DNA of 64,000 nucleotides from an uncultured Gemmatimonadales bacterium (GTDB taxonomy: Bacteria; Gemmatimonadota; Gemmatimonadetes; Longimicrobiales; Gaopeijiaceae), in contig CAWGKG010000012.1 in NCBI GenBank assembly GCA_963823035.1, forward strand, positions 224,001 through 288,000. The letters run 5' to 3'. A program made the position numbers and the translations under genes. This document shows, piece after piece, positions 46,295 to 57,543 of this stretch. The notes beneath the pieces are model-generated. The model was not told where the DNA came from and did no database searches. It was given only the letters and a program-made list of their open reading frames with translations. Numbering within the stretch: the first letter of the stretch is position 1; each line of letters begins with the position of its first letter.

Positions 46295-49267
46295 TCACGT
46301 CCCGACGGGCTTGATGAGCACGCCCCGACGCTCCGCGCCGTCCATGACGGCTACGGCGGGGGCGGGGAAGCGCAGCAGCCTGACCGGTCCCTGCGACGCG
46401 GTGGCGGGCATCGCCGCGAGCCACTCCCAGTCCACGAAGCCCTCGCCGGCGTGCGCGTTCACCGTGAAGTAGCCCACCCCGAGGGAGACCAGGCTCTGAT
46501 AGAAGTGCGTGCCCTGCGACGGGGTGACGCGGAAGTCCCGGAAGCCGGCCTCGACGATCACGCGGGCCCCGGAGATGTCCTCCCACTTCACGGGGATGCC
46601 GAGCCACGGCTGCGTCGATCCCCAACGTCCCACGCCGATGAGCCCGTAGGTGCGCCCCTCCGCGGTGAGGATTCCGTTGAAGTGGGCCACGGCCGACGCG
46701 ACCTCCGCGCTCTGGGACCGCTCGTAGAGGTCCCGGTCCACCACGATCCAGTCGGTGAGTCGATCGACCTTCCCGTGCCCGAGCGTGGACGGGCTCTGGC
46801 AGAAGAGCGCGCTCGCGAGGATAGCTCTCCGTGTCCACCCCGTCGTCGTCGCGGGCGATCGCGACCGGACGGAGCTGGAGGAAGCCCATCTCGGACAGCT
46901 CGCCCTTGCTGCCGAGCGTCGCGGCGAACTCGATCTCCACGGGGAGGCGGGTCCCCGCCATCCCCAGGATGAGCAGCTCGCGCAGGATCTCCGCGAGGGG
47001 AAAGACGTCGTGCTTCAGCACGGGCGCGAAGGTGACCAGGCGCACGCCCCGTCGGCCGATCCCGTCGTAGACGGCGTTGTTCTCGGCCGAAAAGGTGGAG
47101 GCGACCGGCGCGAGCGTGCCGTCCGCCTCGGCGTCGCGCAGCGAGCAGCGCACGAGGGGCCCGTCCGCGGCCCACCCCTCCTCCGGCGGCGACTTCGCCC
47201 AGGTGCAACGCCCAGAACTCCCGCTGCGCGCTCTCCAGCATCCCCTCCACCGATGAATGGTCGAGGATGTGTCCGGGGTGCGGGGGCGCGAAGCGGAGGC
47301 ATGGCTCCCCCTCCGCCACCGTCTTCCCCAGCCCGAGCGCGACGGCGGCGATGCCGTCCTCGGGGCGGGCCGGTGGCTGCGGGTAGTAGTTGTGCGAGCG
47401 GGCCACGCCGGCGATGTGCGGGTAGAAGCGGCTGCCGTGGCGGGCACCCACCACCCGCTGGATGATGACCGCCATCGCCTCCTCCTCGAGGCGATAGGGC
47501 GTCGCGTTGATGAAGGCGCGCGCCTTCCGACCGAAGGTGGTCGCGTACACGCGCTTGACCGCATCCACCAACTGGCGGAGCCGGACCTCGACGTCCGCCG
47601 CGTCGTTGGGGAGGATCCATGTGCCGTAGATCCCGGCCAGCGGCTGCTGGGGCGAGTCCTCCAGGAGGGAGGAGGAGCGCACGGCGATCGGGCTCGTCAC
47701 GACGCTCACGACCCTCTCGAGCGCCGCCACCACGTGTCCGGGCAACGGCGCCGCGAGAATCCGCGCCGAGCGTCTCGGCGTCGTCCTCGGACTGGAGCGC
47801 GAAGGAGCGGAGGTCGTTGTCGTCGAGGAACTCGTCGAAGACGCCCGTTCCCAGCACCACGGCGGCCGGCACGTCGATGCGTACGCCGGGAAAGCGCTCG
47901 GAGAGCCGCACCTCGTCGAGGAGGCGCGAGGCGAACGCCAGCCCCCTCCCCTTGCCGCCCAGCGAGCCGCCGCCGATCTGGACGATCCCCTCCTCGCCGT
48001 CGAAGAACTCCGCGCGGAAGGGGTTCACCGAGCCACGGTTCCGCTCCCGCCGGTAGCGGTCGATGTCGTGGATCAGCGAGTCCCGCAGCGCCTCCACGGT
48101 GGGGAAGTCGTCGAGGAGCCGCGGACGGAGCTGCGCCGCGAGGCCGAACTCGGCGCGGGCGCGCAGCCAGCGCGAGAAGTCGTGCCGGAGGGCGTGATAG
48201 GACACGCTCTCCCCGGGAATCGTCTTGAGCTTCGCGACCAACGCCTTGAGATCGGTGGCGCGCTCGAGCTCGTCGCCGGCCTCGTCGCGGAAGACGAAGT
48301 CGCCGAAGAAGAGGTGCTCGGAGAGGTAGCGCCGGAGCTGCTGCAGGAAGTCGGGAGAGCCCTTGAGGAGGAAGCCGACGTCCAGCTCCTCGGCGATGGC
48401 ACGGTTCTCCTCGTGCGACGACTGCAGCGAGATGGGCACCTCCGGCTCGAGCGCGCGGATCGCGCGGACGAGCGCCTGCCCCGCGTCCGGATCGGGCTCG
48501 CCGCCCCGTGGGAACTGCATGTCGCTGAACACGCCCATGATCGACGTGCGGTAGCGCTGGAAGTCCCGCAGGGCCCGCTCGTACGTCGTGGCCATGATGA
48601 TCTTCGGCCGGGCGCGCATGCGCATGATGCGCTGGAGCCGATTGCCCGCTTCGAACTGCACGGACTCCGAGAGGTTGTGGACCTCGGAGTAGATCACCGG
48701 GAGGAACGCGGAGTAGAAGCGGACGTTGTCCTCGACCACGAGGAAGACCGGCACGCCGATGCGCGTGTCGCGCTCCACGTTCAGGCGATCCTCCACCGCC
48801 TGGACGATGGCCATCAGGATGCGGGCGTCCCCCTGGTAGAGGAACGACGCGAGGATCCCGGTGTCGTCCAGGCGCTCCTCGACGGCGCGCAGCTCATCGC
48901 GGTCGTACGCCAGAAGGGTCACGGGGACCTTGATGCCCTCGTCGGCCATGGTGGCGGCGAGTTGCAGGGCGTTCATGTCGCCGAGATCGGGGCTCGTGAT
49001 GACCAGGTCCACCCGCCGGTGCCCGCCGCGGAGCATCTTGAGCGCCTCCCGGCCGGACGACACCCGCGTCAGGTCGGGGGGCTCACGCGGCGAGGCGTCC
49101 AGGAACTTCCCGAGCACGCGCTCGTGAAGGTGGCCGTCCTCGGCGAGGATGAAGGACTCGTACAGCGAGGACACCAGGAGCACGTGGCGTACCTGGTGGC
49201 TCATCAGGTCGCGGTAGCCGCCGGCGCGGCTCCCGTAGCGCTCGGAGAAGTCGAAGTAGGAGGACAT
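46295..49267 (-). CDS. Receiver-domain plus PEP/pyruvate-binding (PEP-synthase N-terminal ATP-grasp) protein, about 990 aa; three frameshifts (near 47760, 47200, 46800)
   Basis: VLLVSSLYESFILAEDG; FLVVEDN..FSDMQFP..LLKG receiver; GGSLGGKGRGLAF, IAVRSSSLLEDS, AGIYGT, MAVIIQ, ALGLGK, PVEIEFA, FLQLRP, GRWGS..WLGIPV, PSQGTHF. Confidence 0.85.
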
Positions 49268-49279
49268 GGGCTATCGGGC

Positions 49280-50950
49280 TCAGACGCGCGCGTCGCCACG
49301 TACGCCGCGACCGGCGAGATCGCCCGTGTGCTCTCCGTCGCGCAGCGTCACCACGCCGTTGACGACCACCACGGGGATGCCGACCGGATACTGGTGCGGG
49401 TTCTCGAAGGTGGCTCGATCCTCGACGGTGTCCGGATCGAAGGCGACCAGGTCGGCGTAGGCGCCCACCGCGATCCGCCCCCGGTCGCGGATGCCGAGCC
49501 TGCGCGCGGGCTCGGTCGTGCACTTGCGCACCGCCTCCTCGAGGGACAGCGCCTTCCGCTCGCGCACGTAGCGGCCCAGCACGCGCGGGAAGGTGCCATA
49601 GCCGCGGGGGTGTGGAGATCCCGAGCTCAGCGGCCCGTACGGCGCGTAGGCGCCCCCGTCCGAGCAGATGGCGCCGAGCGGGTGGGCGACCAGCTTCTCG
49701 ACGTTGTCCTCGTCCATGCCGTGGCCGATCATCCCCACGCCGCCGTGGTCGGCCTCGAGGAGTTGGACGGTCAGCGCGTACGGGTCCACGCCACGCTCGC
49801 GCGCGAGGTCGCCCATGCGCCTCCCCTTCGCCCACGGCGAGGCCTCGCCGGCCGACGTGATCTGCACGGCGTTCCAGTCCCCGAGGAGCGCGACCTTGTC
49901 GCGACACGCCCGTTCCAGCCGCGCCGCGGTCGCCGGGTCGCGCAGCCGCTTCAGGAAGGCGTCCGTGCCTCCGGCGCGCATCTCCGTCGGGAAGAGGTTG
50001 GTCAGCCCGGTCTGGTAGGCCGTGTACGGGTACACGTCGAAGGCGACCTGCACGCCGTCCGCGCGCGCCTTCGCGAGGAGGTCGAGGACCACGTCCTCCT
50101 TCCAGTAGTTCCTCTGCCCCTGAGCCTTCAGGTGCGAGATCTCGACGGACGCACCGCCCAGCCGGCCGACGAAGATCGCCTCCTCCACCGCCGCGAGGAG
50201 GCGGTCGTCCTCGTTGCGCATGTGCGAGGCGTAGGAATAGCCGGTGCCATGGAGCACGGAGGCGAGCTCGCCCAGCTCCGCCGAGTCGGCGAAGCCCGAA
50301 GGCGTATACTCGAGACCGCTCGACAGCCCCACACACCCGCCGTTCACCGCCCGGCGCACCTCCTCCTTCATGCGGACCAGCTCGGCCTCGGTGGCGGGTC
50401 GGTCCTGGTTGCCGACCACCAGGCCACGCACGGTGCCGTTGCCCACCATCGTGGCGACGTTCACCGCGGGCCGCAGGCGATCGATGCCGCCCAGGAACCC
50501 CGGGGGATCGCGGAAGTCGATCTCCGCGCCGCGTCGCCCGTAGCTCTCCCGCGTCTCCTGGAACTGCTCCTCCGACCACGGGCCCACCGAGCTGCCGTCC
50601 TGCCCCACGACCTCCAGCGTGACGCCCTGCCGGATGCGGCTCTCCGCCTTCGGCTCGATGAAGAGCGACATGTCGGCGTGGGAGTGGATGTCGAGGAAGC
50701 CCGGCGCGAGCGCGAGGCCGCGCAGGTCGAGCTCTTCTGCTCCGGCCGCGAGGCCCTTGCCCACCTCGGTGACGCGGTCGCCCGTGACGGCCACGTCGAG
50801 CTCGCGGCCGGGCGCACCGGTGCCGTCGAAGACGGTGGCGCCGCGCAGGACCAGGTCCGCGCGGCGGGGGCGTGCGTACGCGAGCCCCGGGGCGACGAGC
50901 GCGCCGGTGGCGGCCACGGTCGACGTGCGGGCGAAGGTGCGGCGGTCCAT
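49280..50950 (-). CDS. N-acyl-D-amino-acid deacylase (amidohydrolase) with Tat signal
   Basis: MDRRTF..AYA signal; APGFLDIHSHAD, GLEYTP, SHMRNE, ISHLK, DVYPY, SDGG, HPRGYGTFPRVLG, ADLVAFDP. Confidence 0.92.
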   Translation of the reverse strand: MDRRTFARTSTVAATGALVAPGLAYARPRRADLVLRGATVFDGTGAPGRELDVAVTGDRVTEVGKGLAAGAEELDLRGLALAPGFLDIHSHADMSLFIEPKAESRIRQGVTLEVVGQDGSSVGPWSEEQFQETRESYGRRGAEIDFRDPPGFLGGIDRLRPAVNVATMVGNGTVRGLVVGNQDRPATEAELVRMKEEVRRAVNGGCVGLSSGLEYTPSGFADSAELGELASVLHGTGYSYASHMRNEDDRLLAAVEEAIFVGRLGGASVEISHLKAQGQRNYWKEDVVLDLLAKARADGVQVAFDVYPYTAYQTGLTNLFPTEMRAGGTDAFLKRLRDPATAARLERACRDKVALLGDWNAVQITSAGEASPWAKGRRMGDLARERGVDPYALTVQLLEADHGGVGMIGHGMDEDNVEKLVAHPLGAICSDGGAYAPYGPLSSGSPHPRGYGTFPRVLGRYVRERKALSLEEAVRKCTTEPARRLGIRDRGRIAVGAYADLVAFDPDTVEDRATFENPHQYPVGIPVVVVNGVVTLRDGEHTGDLAGRGVRGDARV

Positions 50951-51122
50951 GGAGTTTCCCTGGGAGCGGGCCTTCCTGCGGCCCGCGTGGCTCGTCTCTT
51001 CACGCAACGGTATCAGGCCGGGGAGGCCGCGTCGAGCACGCGCCGACCCCGAACCCGTTGACGAGACCCGCCCATCCGGGCGTAACTGTGGAGTCGGTCG
51101 AATCCTGGCCCCCGGGAGAGCC

Positions 51123-51831
51123 ATGACGGAGAAGCGCTTCGATGACGAGGAGGTGGCGCTCATCCTGCGCCGGGCGCTCGACGCCGACGGCGGTCGCTCC
51201 GACGCCTCGGGTCTGACGCTGGGCCAGCTGAAGGAGATCGCCGTCGAGGTGGGGGTCGATCCCGCCCGCATGGAAGCCGCCGCCTTGGCCGTTCAGGCCG
51301 AACGGCGGCTCGGCACGTCGGCGCACGGGCGCGTCACGGCGCGCTACGACGTGCAGGTGGACGGCGAGCTACCGCCCGAGCAGACGGGGCGACATCGTGC
51401 GGGCCATCCGGGAGGCCACGGGCCGCCAGGGCGTCGTCACCTCCGAGATGGGCGCCCTGAGCTGGAAGGCGCAGGATGCGTTCGGCGGTCGCTACGTCAC
51501 CGTCACCTCCGGTGAAGGCACCACGCGCATCGAGGCGCTCGGCAACTTCCGTGACGGCGCGTTGGTGACCGCGGCGGGAGGCGGCACCGTGGGGATGGCG
51601 CTGACCGCCATGGTCCTCAAGGGGATGGGCCTCCTCGCCGCCATGGGTGGCGCTGCGCCGCTGGCGCTCGCGGCGGGGGCGACGCTTCCGGCGTGGCTCG
51701 TGTACCGTCGCTGGTACCGGAAGGAGGACGCCGCTCTGCGGCAGGCGGTCGCGCACATCGCAACGGAGGTGGGCGCCAGCACGCACGCGCGGCTCCCGGA
51801 GCCCGACGGCGACGGCACCCCGGAGAAGTGA
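51123..51831 (+). CDS. Hypothetical membrane protein; frameshift near 51385
   Basis: GGAGAG RBS; FDDEEVALILRRA..GLTLGQLKEIAVEVGVDP, then two TM helices in ORF 51397-51831. Confidence 0.7.
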
Positions 51832-51867
51832 TCGCGGGCGTCTTCCCGCGGGGACGGCTGCGACCGC

Positions 51868-52127
51868 TCAGCCGCGCCGCACCCTTCCGGGCTCGAGGCC
51901 GCCGGCATGCAGGATCTTCTCCTGGAGGCGGCGGGCCTCCTCGTCGGTGAACTCGAGCACCCTCTCGCAGCGAGGCGCGCACGGTGGCGTAGTCCTCCTC
52001 GGGGAAGTCCGATGCCCTCCGCGTGTCGAAGCGCGCCCTCCAGCTCGCCGAGCTCACGCTCGGCCTTCTCGGCCGCCCGACGGAGGCGGTTCAGCGCCTT
52101 GCGGGCCTCGGATTCGGCGGAGCTCAA
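51868..52127 (-). CDS. Small coiled-coil hypothetical protein (about 85 aa); two frameshifts
   Basis: GGAGG RBS then TTG; SSAESEARKALNRLRRAAEKAEREL..DFPEEDY..FTDEEARRLQEKILHAGGLEPGRVRRG. Confidence 0.6.
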
Positions 52128-52213
52128 GGTCGTACCTCCGTGGCAGTCGAACGGGCCGGGGGCGCCGCGCCGGCCCTGGAACGATTCCCCGAACCGGGGT
52201 AAGGCAAACGTCT

Positions 52214-53206
52214 ATGGACGAACGCTTCGAAATCCTGGTGGTGGGCGCCGGCCCCTGCGGCATCGCCGTCGGTGCGGCGGCGCGCAAGGCGGGCCTGTCG
52301 TGCGCCCTCTTCGACAAGGGATGCATCACCGCGTCCCTGGTCAACTACCCCTACTACATGACGTTCTTCAGCACCGCGCGGATGCTGGAGATCGGCGACG
52401 TTCCCTTCACGATCCCGACGGACAAGCCGACGCGGCGCGAAGCCCTGGCCTACTATCGCTTCGTGGTGCGGCATTGGGACATCGACGTGCGCCAGTACGA
52501 GGCCGTGACGGAGATCTCGGGGAGCGAGGGTGACTTCACCGTGCTCACCCGCAGGGCGGACGGAACCGAAGGGGTCTACCGCGCCGACGCCGTCGTGGTG
52601 GCGACGGGCGGCTTCCATCGCCCCAACCTCCTGGGCGTGCCCGGCGAGGACCTTCCCAAGGTGATCCACTACTACAAGGAGCCCTACCCGTTCTACGACC
52701 AGGACGTGCTGGTGGTGGGCGCGGGGAACTCCGCGGTCGAGTCGGCGCTCGAGATGTACCGCAACGGCGCCCGCGTCACCCTCGTGCATTTCCTGGACGC
52801 GATCGACCGGGGGGTGAAGCCGTGGGTGGTGCCCGACATCACCAACCGCCTGGAGAAGGGCGAGATCGCCGTGCACTGGCGCCACCGCGTGGCGCGCATC
52901 GAGCCGCACTCGGCGCTCCTCCGCAACGTGGATACGGGTGCGGCCGTCGCGATCGCGAACGACTTCGTGGTCGCCATGACCGGGTGGCGGGCCGACCCCA
53001 CCATGCTGCGCGACCTGGGCGTGTCGATCGACGAAGCGAGCGGCATCCCCGCGCACGATCCAACCACCATGGCCACGGACGCGCCGGGGATCTACATCGC
53101 GGGCGTCATCGCCGCGGGCCACGACGCCAACAAGATCTTCATCGAGAACGGCCGCGAGCACGGCGCTCGCATCGTGGCCCACCGTCGGGCGCTCGCCGGC
53201 GCGTAG
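52214..53206 (+). CDS. ypdA: YpdA-family FAD/NADPH reductase (putative bacillithiol disulfide reductase)
   Basis: GAGPCG, YPYYMTFFST, KPTRREALAYY, GEDLPKVIHYYKEPYPF, GAGNSAVE, VKPWV, KIFIENGREHG. Confidence 0.92.
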   Translation: MDERFEILVVGAGPCGIAVGAAARKAGLSCALFDKGCITASLVNYPYYMTFFSTARMLEIGDVPFTIPTDKPTRREALAYYRFVVRHWDIDVRQYEAVTEISGSEGDFTVLTRRADGTEGVYRADAVVVATGGFHRPNLLGVPGEDLPKVIHYYKEPYPFYDQDVLVVGAGNSAVESALEMYRNGARVTLVHFLDAIDRGVKPWVVPDITNRLEKGEIAVHWRHRVARIEPHSALLRNVDTGAAVAIANDFVVAMTGWRADPTMLRDLGVSIDEASGIPAHDPTTMATDAPGIYIAGVIAAGHDANKIFIENGREHGARIVAHRRALAGA

Positions 53207-53209
53207 CGC

Positions 53210-54377
53210 TCAGAACCGGGCGCTGAAGAGCCTGAGGCCCAGGCCCGGAACCCGACGGGGGCCACGGGGACCGTCCGCTTCGAGCATGACCGGGTAGGGC
53301 ATCGGCGTTCCCACGCTCCACCCGGCACCGTCGTGGTGCAGGAGCGCGCCGCCGGTCGGTGCGCTCGCAGCCTCGTGGGTCCGCAGGTCGTAGTCACGCG
53401 TGGCCCCGACCCCCAGGACCAGACCCAGGACGCTTCCGGCCAGCGGAATCGCGAGCGCCACCTTGTCGTTCTCCGGTTGGGTCAGGAGGTCCAGCCCCAC
53501 GCCACCGAGGCCGCCGATCACGCCGTAGATGCTCACCAGCCGCGCGCGGCTGCGGCTCGGGTTCCACTTGGGTGCCCCGAAGGCCGTCACCAGCAGCCCG
53601 ATGTCACCGCCCACGAGCGTGGCGGCGAGGAGGCCATCGCCGTCCAGGTCCCCGAGATCGCCGAGGGCGACCCCGAACCACGTCCCCCACAGGGCGCCGA
53701 AGTTCGCGGTCGTCGCCACGCCCGGAGAGATCGACTTCCGGGACAGGCGCTCGCCCACGGCGATTCCGGCGAGCCCACCGACGACCATCGCCGCGAACGC
53801 CTCCGACGTCCCGCCGTCGCCGGTGCACACGTCGCCGTTGCAGTCGTAGCCCTCGCCGAGGTCCATCACGTTCGCCCACCCCCCGGCCTGCCAGGTGCCC
53901 CACGTACCGCCGAGGGTGATCGCGCGGGCCTGCCCTTCGGTGATGTCGCGCGAGCGCGCGAGCATCTTACCCGCTACGAAGCCCGCCGGGCCTCCGAGAA
54001 GGAGCCCCACCCCGTAGGGCTCCGGTCCCTCGGCTCCGAAGGCGCTCGGTATCGGCGACCCCGAGCCAGAGCCCGTACACCGTGCTCCACACCTGGAGCT
54101 CGACCCTCCCGCCGCCGGCCGTGCCCTCCCGTCCCACCGTCTGGAGGCGGCTTCGCGCCTCCACCCCGGCGGGGGTGTCCGGGAAGTTGTCGATCACGAA
54201 GCGATAGAGGGCCCGTGCCACGTCCTCCTGGCCGTCGGCCGCGAAGCGGTCCGCAGCCTCGAGGAGCACGGCGGCGGAATCCGCGGCCGCGACCTGCGCC
54301 GACGCGTTTCGGGGGCGAACGCCCATCGCGAGGAGGCAGAGGAGGAGGAAGGGGAGTGCGGCGGGGATTCGCGGCAT
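53210..54377 (-). CDS. Exported/membrane hypothetical protein with TPR-like N-terminus and Gly-rich hydrophobic repeats; frameshift near 54052
   Basis: Signal peptide ending ASA; ARALYRFVIDNFPDTPAG; repeats GGTWGTWQ / GALWGTWF; C-terminal F. Confidence 0.7.
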
Positions 54378-54466
54378 GGCGGGGCACGCTCCATCGGGAC
54401 GTCCAGGGGACCGTTCGCGCTCCGTCTGGTACACGGAGGCCCCGGGATTGGATTCGGGGCCGTCTT

Positions 54467-54527
54467 CACTAGCAACGCTATTGACATCGGGGTGGTCCGC
54501 GACCAGAGTGCACTAACTCTGCTAGTG
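54467..54527 (+). promoter_or_regulatory. sigma70 promoter flanked by two 17-bp palindromic operators
   Basis: TTGACA 54481-54486, 17 nt, CAGAGT 54504-54509; CACTAGCAACGCTATTG (54467-54483) and CACTAACTCTGCTAGTG (54511-54527). Confidence 0.7.
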
Positions 54528-54536
54528 AGGTGACGG

Positions 54537-54866
54537 ATGACGCGACGGGGGCTGGGTGAGTTCGAGCAGCAGGTGCTGCTCACGATCCTGCACATGGGCG
54601 GGGAGGGGTACAGCGTGCCGATGGTGCTCGAGATGGAGGAGCGCGCCGGCCGCGAGGTGTCGCAGGCGGCGGTCTACATCGCGCTGCGTCGACTCGAGGA
54701 GAAGGGCCTGGTGTCTTCGCGCATGGAGCCGGGCGAGGAGACCGAGAGCGGGCGCGAGCGGCGATGGTTCAGCGTGACGCGCAGCGGGATGGAGGCGCTG
54801 CGCGAGACCCGGCGCACCATGGCCCGCTTCTGGGAAGGGCTCGACGGCCTCCTGGAGGAGCGGTGA
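54537..54866 (+). CDS. PadR-family transcriptional regulator
   Basis: LGEFEQQVLL, AVYIALRRLEEKGLV, GRERRWFSVT; GAGGTG RBS. Confidence 0.93.
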   Translation: MTRRGLGEFEQQVLLTILHMGGEGYSVPMVLEMEERAGREVSQAAVYIALRRLEEKGLVSSRMEPGEETESGRERRWFSVTRSGMEALRETRRTMARFWEGLDGLLEER

Positions 54867-57519
54867 GGGCGGCGGGCGGTCCTCCACCCGTACCGCGGTG
54901 GATCCGGTGGGCGCTCCGGCGGCTCCTCGACGAGCGCGAAATGCGCACGGTGCTCGACGAGCTGCACGAGCTGCACGCGCGAGGTCGCCAGGCGACACGG
55001 GCCGCGCGAAGCCGACCGACGCTATCGCCGCCAGCTCCGTCAGTACCCCCTCCGGCTCTTCGCGGGCAGGATGGCGTGCTTCGTTCTCCTCGGCGGCGCC
55101 GGGCGTGGGGGAGGTCGGTCGGGCCGCGAGGAGCCTGTTGAAGTCCCCCGGACTCACGGCGACGATCGTGCTCACCGTGGGGCTGGGCATCGGCGGCTGC
55201 GCCACCATCTTCTCGATGGTCGACGCGCTCTACCTTCGGCCGCTCCCCTATCCGGACGCGTCCCGGCTGGCGTGGATCTACACGGACGCGCCGCCCAACC
55301 ACTTTCCCTTCTCGGTGGTCGACTTCCAGGCGCTGCAGGAAGGGCAGACGTCGTTCGAGAGCATCGCGGCCACGACGCGGGGCGGGGCGCGCGCATCACC
55401 ACCGACGACGGCGTCGAGCTCATCCGGGTGGTGGAGGGCACGCCCGGGCTCCTCGAGACGTGGGGGCTGTCGGTGGTCCGCGGCCGCGCGCCCGACGCGA
55501 AGCCGAGGGCGCACCCGGAGCACCCGGCACGGCGCTGGTCACCCCCGGGTTCGCCGAGCGCTACCTCGGCGCGGAGGACCCGGCGGCCGCGCTCGGGAAG
55601 GCCGTGACGCTGGACGGCGAGCCGTACGAGATCATCGGGATCCTCCCGTCCTCGCTCGGGCCGCTGGCGCGCGACGCGGGGATCCTGCCCACCCTCCGAC
55701 TCGAGCCCCCACGCGGAAGGGACCGTTCTTCCTGCAGGTCTACGGAAGGCTCCGCCCCGGTGCCGATCCCGCCGCCGCGGAGCGCGAGCTGCGCTCGCTG
55801 AACACGCGGCTCTTCCCCCTGTGGGCCGATTCCTACCAGGACCGGAATGCGTCGTGGGGGCTCATGGGGGTGGTCGAGCACGCGCGTGGCGACGCCGGCT
55901 CGCTTCTCGGCGTGCTGATGGCGGCGGTCGCGATGGTCCTGCTCATCTCGCTGACCAACGCCGCGAACCTCCTGGTGGCGCGCGTGAACGCCCGGGATCG
56001 CGAGCTCGCGGTGCGCGCCGCCCTGGGCGCCACGCGCGGCAGGATCTGGTCGCACCTCCTGGTCGAGAGCGCCCTCCTGGCCGCGGCCGGGGCCGCCCTC
56101 GGCCTCGGGCTCGCCCGTGGCGGCGTGGCGCTCCTCCCGGTGATGGCCGGCACCTGGCTCCGCCGCGCGGGCGAGGCCGACCTCACGCTCCACACGGTGG
56201 GCTTCGCATTGGCGTTGGCCGCGGCCGGCGGGCTCGTGTTCGCCGTCGTCCCCGCGCTCCACAGGCGGCGGGAGCACCATCCGGGTGCCGCCCTGAGGGC
56301 GGGTGGGCGCTCCTCGACCGCGAGCGCGTCCCGGCAGCGCTCCCAGCGCCTCCTGGTCGCCGGACAGCTCGCGATCGTGATGCCGCTGCTGGCCGGCGCC
56401 GCCCTCCTCCTCGGAAGCTTCGTCCGGCTGCAGCGGGTCGATCCGGGCTTCGACGCGGAGCACCTCCTCACGATGGGCGTGATGCTCTCACCCGTGGGCT
56501 ACCCGGACGGCGCCGAGCCGGCAGCGCTTCTGGGAGCCCGCGCTGGAGCGCATCGAGGCCATCCCGGGCATGGCCGCAGCGACGCTGTCCAGCGAGCGCC
56601 CCCCCACGAACGTCAACGACGTGAACAACTTCGACCTGGAGGATCGCCCCACCGCAGCCCGGCGAGCCCGAGCGGGTGGCCCCTGGGTGGTGGTCGCGCC
56701 CAGCTACTTCGAGGTGATGGAGATCCCGCTGATCGAGGGCCGCGGCTTCGAGGCCTCCGACCTCGACGACGACGCGCCCCCCGTCCTCCTGGTGGACGAG
56801 GCGTGGGCGAGGCGGAACTACCCCAACGAGAGCCCCGTCGGGCGTCGGCTCTACTCGGGCGGCCAGACCACGGGACCCGCGCGAGACCATCGTCGGCGTG
56901 GTGGGCACCGTGCCCTACACGGGGGTCGGCACGAACGAGATGGGGGCCATGTACCAGCCGACCGACCTCCGCTTCGACGGCCGCCTGGCTGATGGTGCGC
57001 ACCTCCGGCGACCCCCACGACCGTGGCCGGCAGCCGTGCGCGACGAGCTACGCCGCCTCGATCCGACGCGCCCGGTGGTCATGACCGCCACGGGCGACGA
57101 GCTCCTGCGCGATGCGCTCACGCGAGCCGCGACACCTCTCCCTCCTGCTCGGCGTCTTCGCGGCCGTGGCGCTCGGCCTGGCCGTGGTCGGCGTGTACGG
57201 CATCACCTCGTACTCGGTGCAGCAGCGGCGAGCCGACATCGCCGTGCGCCTGGCCCTCGGGGGCGCACCGTCCGGGGTGCTGCGCCGTACCCTCTGGGAG
57301 GGAATGCGCGTCTCGCTGCTCGGCCTGCTGGTCGGGGTGGTGGCGGCCCTCGCGCTCACCGGCGCGCTCTCGGGTCTGCTCTACGGCGTGGCTCCGCGCG
57401 ACCCGACGTCCCTCGCGGCGGCGGCGGCCCTCCTGCTCGCGGTCTCCGCGCTCGCTCGCCTGCTTCCGGCGCTGCGCGCCGTCCGCGTGGATCCGGCTTC
57501 GGCGCTCAGGGAGGAATAG
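54863..57519 (+). CDS. ADOP-family duplicated ABC permease; many frameshifts
   Basis: KSPGLTATIVLTVGLGIGG, LRPLPYPD, TNAANLLVAR, RELAVRAALGA, LQRVDPGFD, VYGITSYSVQQRRADIAVRLALG, VDPASALREE spread over several frames; GTGA overlap with padR. Confidence 0.85.
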
Positions 57520-57543
57520 CGCCAACCTCTTCGCCGAGGCTTC

